IMG/VR virus record: IMGVR_UViG_3300023171_000010
Span: 1 to 64,000 of that record
From: a virus
Lineage: Duplodnaviria; Heunggongvirae; Uroviricota; Caudoviricetes
Length of the DNA: 64,000 bases
Direction: 5' to 3' (one strand)
A program made the translations under genes and the position numbers. The notes below the pieces were generated by a model. That model searched no databases. It was not told the DNA's origin and saw nothing but the letters and a program-made list of their open reading frames with translations. Positions 54,437 through 63,820 of the stretch are shown piece by piece (position 1 is the first letter of the stretch; each line of letters opens with the position of its first letter).

Positions 54437-54993
54437 AGTACTACACAGGCATTGGCAGCCGACAAACCCCGAAAAATATCCTCAAGCTTATGGAAGACAT
54501 TGCTTTCAAGCTTGCACAGAAAGGCTACATCCTACGTTCAGGTGCTGCTGGAGGGGCTGACAGTGCCTTTGAACTTGGTGCTAAGGCTTATGCTGAACAG
54601 GTTGATGAGCGTGTCACACTAGCTCAGTTGTATATTCCATGGGCTAGCTTTGTAATTTACGACGAGTTCTACAAAGATTGGTACAAAGTCTTGGATAGAA
54701 TGCCTAAGAAAGCCGAGGCTTATCACCTAGCCTCTGAGACACATCCAGCATGGGATAAGTGTTCAAAGGGAGCCAAGGCTCTCCATGCACGTAATACATT
54801 TCAAATCCTAGGTAGTGGTTTGAATAATCCAAGTAGCTTTATTATTTGCTGGGCACAAGTGGATAAGCATGGTAAAATCAAAGGTGGTACTGCAACAGCT
54901 TGGAATCTAGCTAAGGCTCATGGTGTTCCTTGTTTTAATTTGTATAACGAAGAAGATAAACAACGATTGATTAAGTTTGTGGAGGCTGAATGA
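54433..54993 (+). CDS. DprA/Smf-like Rossmann-fold (SLOG-type) standalone domain protein
   Basis: YTGIGSRQTP ... LRSGAAGGADSAFELGA matches the DprA-core GSR...SGxAxGxD pattern; GGAG RBS before ATG at 54433. Confidence 0.5.
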   Translation: MKYYTGIGSRQTPKNILKLMEDIAFKLAQKGYILRSGAAGGADSAFELGAKAYAEQVDERVTLAQLYIPWASFVIYDEFYKDWYKVLDRMPKKAEAYHLASETHPAWDKCSKGAKALHARNTFQILGSGLNNPSSFIICWAQVDKHGKIKGGTATAWNLAKAHGVPCFNLYNEEDKQRLIKFVEAE

Positions 54994-55439
54994 GTAAATA
55001 TGTTTATCTCTTGTATAGTGAGTCTGGGCTATACAAGATTGGTGTCAGTAATGACGTAGAAAAGAGAATGAATTCTTTAAGGACAGCTTCTGGCTATCCA
55101 CTTATTTGTCTAGCCTATTACAAAACAAAGACTAAGGCCACAACAGTAGAAAGAAATCTGCATAAATTGTTTGATGAATTTAGGGTACAAGGTGAGTGGT
55201 TTGATTTTCCTAAAGACAGATTTACATTAGAGAAGTTTGAGTCTATACTTGGTCGTTACGGAATGGAGAAGATGGAGTTTGATTTAAATGGGAAGTGTTT
55301 TCCTTATGTAAAAGAAATAGTACTCCCAAGTAAATTTGGCAGAGTACCACCATCAATTAAAACTGAATATGTAAAGGAGAAATCTCAGGAGTACTGGAGA
55401 AAGAAATATGGAATCAAAACAAAAGGCAATAGACCTTAG
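54990..55439 (+). CDS. T5orf172/GIY-YIG-superfamily nuclease (homing-endonuclease-like)
   Basis: VYLLYSESGLYKIGVSNDVEKRMNSL ... LHKLFDEFRVQGEWFDF matches the T5orf172 pattern. Confidence 0.55.
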   Translation: MSKYVYLLYSESGLYKIGVSNDVEKRMNSLRTASGYPLICLAYYKTKTKATTVERNLHKLFDEFRVQGEWFDFPKDRFTLEKFESILGRYGMEKMEFDLNGKCFPYVKEIVLPSKFGRVPPSIKTEYVKEKSQEYWRKKYGIKTKGNRP

Positions 55440-55965
55440 AAAACAAGGTTTAACATACGCACAAATCTCAAGCTCCTTAAATGGGGCATTATCTGTTGAT
55501 CAACTTAAAAGATTGCTCAAGGGTATTGTAAAGCCTAAATTGGTTGACAAGAGTGTAGAAGAAATCATAACTCTTGGATCAAGGCCACAAGGGGTTACAG
55601 ACTATGAGGCAACAGGTATTATCTACAAATATCACAAGAACGCCAGTAAGGATAAGGTGAGGTATCTTAAAGATAAAGCAAAGGAGAATAAGGATTGCAT
55701 TATACACAGCGGCTGGATTGACACCATGCACCCAAATGAAAGTCATAAATCTATGAATGCTATTGTACTTCATCTGATGGATCAAGTAGACTTGCTTGTA
55801 GAAGATTACACAGAGATGTACCCAACCACTAATAGATGGTCTGTACGGCATGAGGTGATCAAGCTTGCCTTTGCTAACAAAATATCAGGAGAGCCCTATA
55901 CATCGAGGATATACAAGAATGAGTTATTAGCTGAGTTAATGGAGGAAAGGAATACCGCACCTTAA
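55408..55965 (+). CDS. HTH-containing protein overlapping the nuclease gene (possible DNA-binding partner)
   Basis: N-terminal resolvase-type HTH (KQGLTYAQISSSL); overlaps the T5orf172 ORF 3' end by 32 nt in another frame. Confidence 0.4.
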   Translation: MESKQKAIDLRKQGLTYAQISSSLNGALSVDQLKRLLKGIVKPKLVDKSVEEIITLGSRPQGVTDYEATGIIYKYHKNASKDKVRYLKDKAKENKDCIIHSGWIDTMHPNESHKSMNAIVLHLMDQVDLLVEDYTEMYPTTNRWSVRHEVIKLAFANKISGEPYTSRIYKNELLAELMEERNTAP

Positions 55966-56078
55966 TTACACCGAGTGTTTAGAAAGTGCAATCACCAAAA
56001 CACCCTCTGCACTTTTTACCCCACTATACTTATGGGAAGTGCGGAGTGCATTTGACAGAGATTAACTAGGAGAGAAAT

Positions 56079-56240
56079 ATGAACATTAAAGAGTTGAAAG
56101 AGCTTATCAATGATCTTCCAGATGAGATGGAAGTGTGCAGTAAAGAAACTCGATGGGACAGATTTGACAGTAGGGCTTATACATACAATATTTTTGAAGA
56201 CGATGATGGTGGAGAACAAGTTATATTTGTTGTTGAGTAA
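56079..56240 (+). CDS. small acidic protein
   Basis: 53-aa ORF read directly from the sequence, AGGAGAGAAA RBS. Confidence 0.3.
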   Translation: MNIKELKELINDLPDEMEVCSKETRWDRFDSRAYTYNIFEDDDGGEQVIFVVE

Positions 56241-56258
56241 TTCCAAAACCCCTCAGAA

Positions 56259-56295
56259 AGACACTTAGCTTGTATTAGTAAGTGTCTATTTTTAT
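56259..56295 (+). terminator. rho-independent terminator ending the + strand early block
   Basis: AGACACTTA...TAAGTGTCT 9-bp stem followed by ATTTTTAT. Confidence 0.5.
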
Positions 56296-57261
56296 GTCTG
56301 GAAATATGTAAAATCCTTTATATGTAAGAGTTGTAGGTGAGGACTATCCTGAAATTACTGTCTCGGTATCAGGATCGTTTAACGGTACTTAGATTTTAAA
56401 CTGCATACATCATGCCAAAAGTAGAAATATCCAGAAGAATTCATCAAGTCTCCCTATCCAATAGTCTCTCCTAATTATTAACACAAACTATCACCTAAGC
56501 TATCTTGATAGATACTGACCAGGACACACCTATGCACACTAATGTCTTGCACAAAGGTTATTAATCTATTAATAGTTAGTGCACAAGATACTTAAATAAC
56601 AGGCATAAGAAAGCCCCACTTAAGGGGCTCTATTGATCAAGCTAACACTGTGTACCACTAGACAGCTAACGTTGCTAGAAGGGGTTGATACTAGCCTAAG
56701 AGTTAGCATCTACTAGTACTTTGTCTGCAATGTCGTATTCAACATCATAGTCAGACGTCTGGAAATAATAAATTTGATAGGTCTTCATGTCTGTATTCCT
56801 AAGTGGTGTTTCTCTGTCTGTGTGGTTAGTATAACACTCTGAGTATAGCTGTCTACATTTATTTCCAACAACCTCTAACAAAGATTTCTATCACACTCTT
56901 GGCTAACAGTAGAGAAAACCTATCGTGTTCAGATAACATTGTTTATAGGATTTGTACAGGATTATTTTTAGCTAGAGTGTAAAGAAGCTAATGTTTAGTG
57001 TGCTAAATGATTGTGTGAGGAGATTGGGGTGGAGGAATTGAGAGGGAAACGAACATAGGCTTAGCCATAACAGATAATTTGACAACCAATTCAGTCAGGT
57101 TATTAAGGCTAAGATTTATACTTAAGGCTATCTTTCAGCCCTTGTATGATAAGGTTTAGAGATAAATTACTACTAGCTATAGAATAGATATTAAAGTTAT
57201 AGGTCATAGATATTCTTGATATAACATAAGCCGTACAGTGTACGGCTATAATTGTCCTGCT

Positions 57262-57921
57262 TCAGATACTTTTACTCTCTAGCCCATTAATATTGTCTTC
57301 AAGTAATTTATAAGCTCTTTTGCGTAAGGCTTGATAGACATCCTCCCTGAAACAAGGTTCCTGTATGTATAGGTCAAGGTATTCATTTAGTTGAGTATAC
57401 TTAGCAATCTGGTATGCTTTGTGTGCATCTTCTGGATTGCTAAAGTAACCTACATGTTTGCTTTTATCGTTACTGTCAACCCGAGCACAACGAACTAAAT
57501 AAGGTTTCTTTAGCTCATTAATCATGTGATCAAACTTTTTGAAGTAGTTAACGCCTAAAGGTAGCTCTACGTTAAAAACCTTTTGTGAAGCTAAGATAAT
57601 ACACCCATTTAAATAGTAAGGGACGAATGCACATGTATTTGGCCCATATTCTTTGTTACCTTGTATGAGAATGTCTTTGTCTAATTGTAACCCTTTCCAA
57701 TGTTGGAGCTTCATCCAAGCCCTAAAGCAGTTAAAAGACAGCCAATCAGGGTGCACTGAACAATCCCGGTAAGATTTATATTTTTCCTTAGCGTCATAAC
57801 ATCTAACAATCATACCTCTCCAACGAGTATAGTAAGCACACCAAATCTTTTTACCATCTTTGTGCCAACTTACAGGTGTTTCTGAATCATTAATACCAAC
57901 ACCACAGATAATACTAACCAT
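57262..57921 (-). CDS. freestanding homing-endonuclease-like protein (paralog of 12146-12760)
   Basis: GGAGGAG RBS then ATG at 57921; shares WxxYYTRWRGMIVRCY and KDIL..GNKEYGPNTCAFV motifs and a C-terminal AP2-like HVGYFSNPEDAHKAY with the 12146 ORF. Confidence 0.45.
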   Translation of the reverse strand: MVSIICGVGINDSETPVSWHKDGKKIWCAYYTRWRGMIVRCYDAKEKYKSYRDCSVHPDWLSFNCFRAWMKLQHWKGLQLDKDILIQGNKEYGPNTCAFVPYYLNGCIILASQKVFNVELPLGVNYFKKFDHMINELKKPYLVRCARVDSNDKSKHVGYFSNPEDAHKAYQIAKYTQLNEYLDLYIQEPCFREDVYQALRKRAYKLLEDNINGLESKSI

Positions 57922-58378
57922 TATTTCTCCTCCAATAGATAAAAGCCACAATTAAGTGGCTTATTTTACAACCCTGTCAACTAGATATTTTCAATTATTT
58001 CATATGTCTTCAAAACAAGAAAACGAGAACACATCAGCTAAGACATGTTCTCGACACACTCATAACAGCACACACAAAGCAATAAAACCAATAATAAACA
58101 AGATACCCCAATCTGTAACATCTTCTCTATTGTGTGTCATGATTGTTCTCCAGACATTAAAGCAGAACCATACTCGTAGCCATTCAAGTAAAATTCATAA
58201 TCTTCTGCATCTCCGACATAAATACAAAAGTCTGTAAAAGAAGCTAACATACCATAATTGAGGGCTTCATCCATCCCTGTGTTGTAAGCACACTGTTGTT
58301 TAGCGTTCATGATCTTCCTCCATTGCTATTTGTTTTCTACAGAGTGATTATCTCAATCCTACAGTTACCTGTCAACAA

Positions 58379-58663
58379 CTATTTTGATTTATTTTTAACC
58401 GATCCAATAATCTGCTCTTGCACCACTCTAATCCGAGTCTTTGTGTTCAATGTCTCTACATCATAATACTTCTTCCCTTTCTTCACAACAACACATTTAA
58501 CACCATGATATTCAGAAAGGATGTCATTGATTCGTACAATGTCTTTTAGGGAGTACATGGGATTATTTCTCTGTATATGACATTTTGAACTCATTAAGAA
58601 GTCCGATAATTTCGTTATACTGCTCTTGTGTATCTGGTATAAATGTAAAGGGTTCGTTACCAT
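58379..58663 (-). CDS. hypothetical protein
   Basis: 94 aa. Confidence 0.35.
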   Translation of the reverse strand: MVTNPLHLYQIHKSSITKLSDFLMSSKCHIQRNNPMYSLKDIVRINDILSEYHGVKCVVVKKGKKYYDVETLNTKTRIRVVQEQIIGSVKNKSK

Positions 58664-59024
58664 GCTATGTCCAATGGCAAGCTGTTTGTTCAGAAATCAT
58701 CACAACAACGCCAGCAGAACCTTTCTGATTCCAGTTATACAAGTTTACAAGAATCTTTTTCATTATTGAATTCCTAAATTAATCAAAAACAACAGGATCA
58801 GTCGAAGACGACTGGACAATAAATCCCATAATCTTCACTATACATTAAGAACAGCTTATGTGTATAAGCATACCACGTTGACATGAACAGAACAACCTCT
58901 GAGCCATCAAGCATTGTAAACATTGGGGTTCTTAATTGCTTCATGGCCTTTATTCCTAGAGAATTTCGTTCTGTTAGGTAGATTCTATAGGGTTGACAGC
59001 TAGCTGTCAAGGGTTTATTTTGAT

Positions 59025-59336
59025 TCAATCCTGCCCAATCCCAGAATAATAATCAGAACCGTTGCCCATGCGTTTAGACCACAAATCCTCTACTGTCTGA
59101 AGAGACAGTGTATTCTCTATAGAGTCCCATGAAGCATATTTACTATTCCACTTATGTAGCTTCTTACTTTGGATATCGAGTCTATAATCAGAACCTAGTG
59201 ACTGATCGTCTGTGGATAGTTTGAAGTAGGCAGTGTTATATGTCACCCAAGTACACACTATTTTCACACTGTTGTAATAGTCAGTTTGTAGAGTGTATGT
59301 ATTGTTTTCAATGAATTTCATCATCTTACCCCACAA
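59025..59336 (-). CDS. hypothetical protein
   Basis: 103 aa. Confidence 0.35.
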   Translation of the reverse strand: MWGKMMKFIENNTYTLQTDYYNSVKIVCTWVTYNTAYFKLSTDDQSLGSDYRLDIQSKKLHKWNSKYASWDSIENTLSLQTVEDLWSKRMGNGSDYYSGIGQD

Positions 59337-59581
59337 AGATCTTTTACTTCTGAAATGTTGGAGTTAATCTTAGTCACATTCTCGATACACTTAAGTTTCA
59401 AAGATGTTTCATAGTTAAGACCAACAATCAGCATAGTATAAGTTAAGAGAATAAAAATAACAAATCCAAGAGCAACCTTATGGGTATCAGTCATTTTGAC
59501 TACTCCACATATCTCGTTTAAATTCTCGTTGCTTATTCCAGCTATTACGCTTACTACTCTTATCAGTATTGTATTCAACAT
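59321..59581 (-). CDS. small membrane protein
   Basis: 86 aa with TM helix (ALGFVIFILLTYTMLIVGL). Confidence 0.35.
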   Translation of the reverse strand: MLNTILIRVVSVIAGISNENLNEICGVVKMTDTHKVALGFVIFILLTYTMLIVGLNYETSLKLKCIENVTKINSNISEVKDLCGVR

Positions 59582-59935
59582 CTCGCTTAGATGTCTTAAC
59601 GAATTTCTGGAATGTTGTTTGTTCAGTGTTTTGAATGTGTTTCATTTGGTTTGTTCCTTGAGTTCATTAACAGCATAGAGGAGTGTGCTATAGAATTCTG
59701 CAAAATCCACTCCTTGCCAATACCATTCATTGTCCTCTGTATCTGTAATTTTGTTTGCATAATAGTCTACACAAAGAGTGTGTTCGACAATCAACCGCAT
59801 TGCATGCTCATAGCTATTCATTTCCCTTCTCCAATATAAATTCGTTCACAAGTCCAAACGCCATTATCGCGAGACAGTTTGCATTGTACACCATTCTTAA
59901 GGAAGTTATAAGCTGTTTCGAATGCTTTGTTCATT

Positions 59936-60136
59936 TTAGACATTCTCATCTTCAAGCTTAGGACATTTATCACAAAACCCACCAAGACCACAAGTGCCAC
60001 CATCACAAGGAGATTTCTTATCTTCTTTCTCAAGAGCAAAGTATTCTTTTCTCCATTCTTCAGAGGTACAAAGATTACCATCAGAAAACCAAGCTTTAGC
60101 AAGAAGTGTCATAGCCCTTTCAAATTTACTATCCAT
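59936..60136 (-). CDS. Cys-rich small protein
   Basis: 66 aa, C-terminal CDGGTCGLGGFCDKC. Confidence 0.35.
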   Translation of the reverse strand: MDSKFERAMTLLAKAWFSDGNLCTSEEWRKEYFALEKEDKKSPCDGGTCGLGGFCDKCPKLEDENV

Positions 60137-60530
60137 CTCACACCACCTTATTCAAATCGTTAATGTTCCAATAACGCTTACCATCGATTGGAGTCTTAAG
60201 GCAAGCTTGTGTCTTGTTATGCTTATTGTAGGGTGATGACTGCTTGATGTCAAGCCCATACGTACACAATACAATAGCAGTAGAGGATTTATTTGAGACG
60301 TATACAATGTCATTTGGGAGGATGTTCATTTCAGACCTACTCCACGCAAAAGAAAAGAAAGATAGCACTTGTTTTGGTAATCTGTATGAGTTTTATCTTC
60401 AATAATTTGTTCAATGTTTTTAACTAAGTCTCTGACTTCATTAAGTGGAACCAGCACAAGAGGATTCCCATCTTTACACATTTTAGGAAGCTCACCAACT
60501 ACTGTAGAGTATGCTGTAAGGTGCTTCATA

Positions 60531-61187
60531 TTAAACCTCTTTCAATTCATTCCAATAAGATTTTGCTTTATGTCCAAATTGTACAGCCAGCTTATATCCT
60601 TTGCAAGCCCTTTGTAAAAATACTTTCAGGCAATTTTCATCACTCAAATCGTCGATAATCTCTATTCCACACACGGAGTTAGCTGAATGACTATCGTTGA
60701 TTTCATAGGCGCATTCTATCGGTAATTCATCTTGTTCGATTGATTCTTGAGGCTGTGCAGGACGTACATTTACAGCTTTCTTGTAAAGCACCTCTGCACG
60801 ATTAATCTTGACCATCAAAATGTCACGAAGAGTGCTATATTCTTCTGTTGACATGTCTGTGGTTTTGTATTCTGTTTCCAGTTCGATGAGTTGGTCACGA
60901 AGTGTAGACAAACGTTTCTTCTGTGGGAGAATCCTATCAGACAAAGGGATAGAGGTTTTACGTTTGTTGTCTTGATCTTCGGCATACAAGGCAACGTTAG
61001 CCGAACCATCACGATTGAAGTGCAAGCCACGAGATTGAGCAAGACGATTCCCAATCTGCTCACCACTCGTCTCACTGGCATTGTTCCAGCTCTGAATGCA
61101 ATATAAACGACCTGCTGTCATGACACACCTCAAAGGCTTTATCTGTTTCGTTAGGATCATTCTACACAAACAAAAGAAGGGCCGCAA
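60531..61187 (-). CDS. hypothetical protein with coiled-coil segment
   Basis: 218 aa; true start may be an internal Met. Confidence 0.4.
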   Translation of the reverse strand: MRPFFCLCRMILTKQIKPLRCVMTAGRLYCIQSWNNASETSGEQIGNRLAQSRGLHFNRDGSANVALYAEDQDNKRKTSIPLSDRILPQKKRLSTLRDQLIELETEYKTTDMSTEEYSTLRDILMVKINRAEVLYKKAVNVRPAQPQESIEQDELPIECAYEINDSHSANSVCGIEIIDDLSDENCLKVFLQRACKGYKLAVQFGHKAKSYWNELKEV

Positions 61188-61577
61188 GGGCCCTTTGAAA
61201 GAAATTTCAGACTATTTTATAGTAGAATCAACGTAACAACAAAGCCAGCAAGAAAACCCATGAGCAATAGCCACATTGTGCGGAAAGGTTCTGCATGCAT
61301 ATTCTGTGCAAATCGTGTAAACCAATTCATTATTTCTTCTCCTTAACCAGTTGACGTAGCAAATCCATCTCTTCCTTACGCTTCCTGTTGCTTGCACTCA
61401 CTGCACAGCAGATCCAGACAAGGAGCCAAGGGAAGAAGATGAGAGTTAAAATCAAATGAAAACAATGCGCAATACCAGACACAAAAACCTCCTAAACCTA
61501 CGTTATCAACAGAGAAAGACTTATTTCCTTCTCTTTATGGGGTGTAGTATGGCATAGATTTAGGAGCTGTCAAGGGT

Positions 61578-62126
61578 TTATTTATACAAATCAGCTGTAC
61601 ATTTGATCTTGTTAGCGTACCCATTAGGTTCTCCCATACGATGTGTTCCATTGATTAGGGGAATACCAGCCTGGCAGCCATCACACTGGTTGAGCTGTCC
61701 CTCTGCTGGCTTGAGTGCGGCGTCGATCTGCGCATCACGCAACCTGCTCAGCTCGCACGACTGGCGAATCTCGCGCAACAACCCCTCCAGCACGTCCGCC
61801 CGATCATCCGCTGCGGTCAGGCGCTGCTGAGGTGCGTTCAACTTGGATTCAAAAGGATCTGATTGACGGGCGAGCAGAGATTTGATTGGCACCAACAGAT
61901 CAGACGACATGGCAACTACCAGTCTCGGATCATCCAGAATTAATCTCAACAACTGGCGCGCCTTAGTCAGCTCAGATAACCATTTTGTTGCTGCGGTGTT
62001 CGTTACATTCAGCGCGTTATCAAGCCGCTCGAGATCCTCCAGCGCCGCGTCACGCTCTTTCTGACACTCATAGTATAATCCACTCAATCTATTAAACTGA
62101 GATTGTAGCGTTTCATAGTCATTCAT
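61578..62126 (-). CDS. coiled-coil protein with C-terminal CxxC zinc knuckle, encoded in a GC-rich (foreign-looking) segment
   Basis: AAGGAG RBS then ATG at 62126 (MNDYETLQ...); local GC about 55-58% against about 40% background. Confidence 0.45.
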   Translation of the reverse strand: MNDYETLQSQFNRLSGLYYECQKERDAALEDLERLDNALNVTNTAATKWLSELTKARQLLRLILDDPRLVVAMSSDLLVPIKSLLARQSDPFESKLNAPQQRLTAADDRADVLEGLLREIRQSCELSRLRDAQIDAALKPAEGQLNQCDGCQAGIPLINGTHRMGEPNGYANKIKCTADLYK

Positions 62127-62379
62127 CTTCTTTCTCCTTAATAATATTCCACTGATCATGAACATAACAACATCCACGATAATAATCAATCTCTACAGGA
62201 CATGCAAGGATTTCTTCTGTTGGCATCATACACCAAGCCTGGAAGATTGTATTCAAAGCACTTTCTCCAAGCTCACATGCATATTGAGCATCAGAAATAC
62301 TCTCTTTGTATGCTTCGCTTTCTTGACACACTTCTAAATGTTCTTGGAGGATTTGTTTTAGGGATTGTAGGGGAGTCAT
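62119..62379 (-). CDS. Cys-rich small protein
   Basis: 86 aa with several Cys. Confidence 0.35.
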   Translation of the reverse strand: MTPLQSLKQILQEHLEVCQESEAYKESISDAQYACELGESALNTIFQAWCMMPTEEILACPVEIDYYRGCCYVHDQWNIIKEKEDE

Positions 62380-62660
62380 TTTGAGTCCTTAAACTTATTC
62401 CAAGAAAGATAATCGCCTTCAGGGAGTTCATTTGTTACGTCTTTGTCTGCCCATTCTAAAAACTTTTCAATAGTAATTTTAGGGTATTTTGCACCATTGT
62501 GAACGGACGGCCCATCATACTGAAGCTCTTCCAAGCCCATCCAGATAATTGTGCGGTCATTTACATAGCTATTCCAACCTGATGTAGCACGAGGCTTCTT
62601 AGCTCGGTAAGTTTTATAAACTTCTAGTTCCATTCTATCTCTCCTCAATCCCACATTCAA
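62376..62660 (-). CDS. hypothetical protein
   Basis: 94 aa. Confidence 0.4.
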   Translation of the reverse strand: MNVGLRRDRMELEVYKTYRAKKPRATSGWNSYVNDRTIIWMGLEELQYDGPSVHNGAKYPKITIEKFLEWADKDVTNELPEGDYLSWNKFKDSK

Positions 62661-63042
62661 TTGTACTAATAAAGCCTACATCCTTGATCAAACTCATACA
62701 ACTAGGACAAGGCCAGCTATCTAGTATTCTACCTGTTCTACTGATTCTTACAACAATTATTTTGCAATTCTTCTGGTTAAATTTAGCTGCTGAAACGATA
62801 GATAAAAGCTCACTGTGACCATAGCACCTCTGAGGACTAAAGCCGTTCTTAACAGAGTATTTCCTCTGCAAAGGGTGTGTTTTGACAAAGGAATTAGGGT
62901 AGGCTGACAGGAGTTTTCCTTTCTTGTTCACAACACAAGAAAACACACGTTCATTTCCCTTGACATAAGGAATCTTTTCTGCCTGTCCCCTACAAAATTC
63001 TATTGAAGTCATTTCACAGTCCCTATTTATATTCCCTAACAA
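62635..63042 (-). CDS. CDA-fold deaminase-like protein (HxE ... PCxxC)
   Basis: GHSELLSI and PCPSC spaced as in cytidine/dCMP deaminase zinc sites. Confidence 0.4.
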   Translation of the reverse strand: MLGNINRDCEMTSIEFCRGQAEKIPYVKGNERVFSCVVNKKGKLLSAYPNSFVKTHPLQRKYSVKNGFSPQRCYGHSELLSIVSAAKFNQKNCKIIVVRISRTGRILDSWPCPSCMSLIKDVGFISTIECGIEER

Positions 63043-63229
63043 TCAATCTTCCAAGAGAATACACCACACTTACCACCAACACAAGCACAATACACACAAA
63101 TAGATTAGCCATTGAACCAAAAATAGCCTTAAAGAGAACAACAATTGCTCCCAAGGCTATGATAGATGTGAAGAGAATAATGAATATTGTTGTTATATCT
63201 TTTAGGAGTTTCATGGTTGGGCTACTCAA
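63023..63229 (-). CDS. small membrane protein
   Basis: 68 aa, two TM helices. Confidence 0.35.
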   Translation of the reverse strand: MSSPTMKLLKDITTIFIILFTSIIALGAIVVLFKAIFGSMANLFVCIVLVLVVSVVYSLGRLIVREYK

Positions 63230-63437
63230 TTGAATTATATGTAGTATCTATATGATAAGGTCTAACAACCCATTTACTGATAAGGCTCTTATCAAAGCTA
63301 TAATTATACCCATTATTTACATGAATAAAACACTCATCTTCCTGAATATCAATAACAGGATCTACCCAATCACGAGTATTGTCTTTAAATTCAACTACAA
63401 ATTCATTATGCTCAGTCATTTCAACTCTCCTTACCAA
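63222..63437 (-). CDS. hypothetical protein
   Basis: 71 aa. Confidence 0.35.
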   Translation of the reverse strand: MVRRVEMTEHNEFVVEFKDNTRDWVDPVIDIQEDECFIHVNNGYNYSFDKSLISKWVVRPYHIDTTYNSIE

Positions 63438-63820
63438 TCAATGTCAATCGTGTATGTACCAGCTTCAATAAGACCTTTAGAGTGAAGGTCGTTTGCAATC
63501 ATCTGAACATCTGGATAAAAATTACGATCCCAGAACAGATCAATATAACGTTTATCTTCCTTTGTGCCGTTCCATTCTTTAGGGTCACGAGCAAGCCAAG
63601 CTGCAAAGCTCACACCCATATCTTCACCATTAATCTCTTCTGGAACTGACTCATTTTCATAGTCATAAGGTTCATCAGGAATTGTAATGCTAACACGTTG
63701 ACGTTCTTTACAACCATCTTGTTGCTGAAAGCTGTAAGGTTTGCCATATGTATCAATAACCAATTGATCCCAATCACCAACATCAATCACTTGTTCAGTT
63801 CGTGCTTTAACAATACTCAC
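63431..63820 (-). CDS. hypothetical acidic protein
   Basis: 129 aa, GTG start overlapping the upstream stop (GTGA). Confidence 0.4.
   Translation of the reverse strand: MSIVKARTEQVIDVGDWDQLVIDTYGKPYSFQQQDGCKERQRVSITIPDEPYDYENESVPEEINGEDMGVSFAAWLARDPKEWNGTKEDKRYIDLFWDRNFYPDVQMIANDLHSKGLIEAGTYTIDIDW

Noticed and set aside
59818-60102. 94-aa - strand ORF overlapping the 59936-60136 gene
   Set aside because: The long hydrophobic N-terminal part overlaps the neighbour out of frame; at most the C-terminal 41 codons (59818-59943) might be a real micro-gene.
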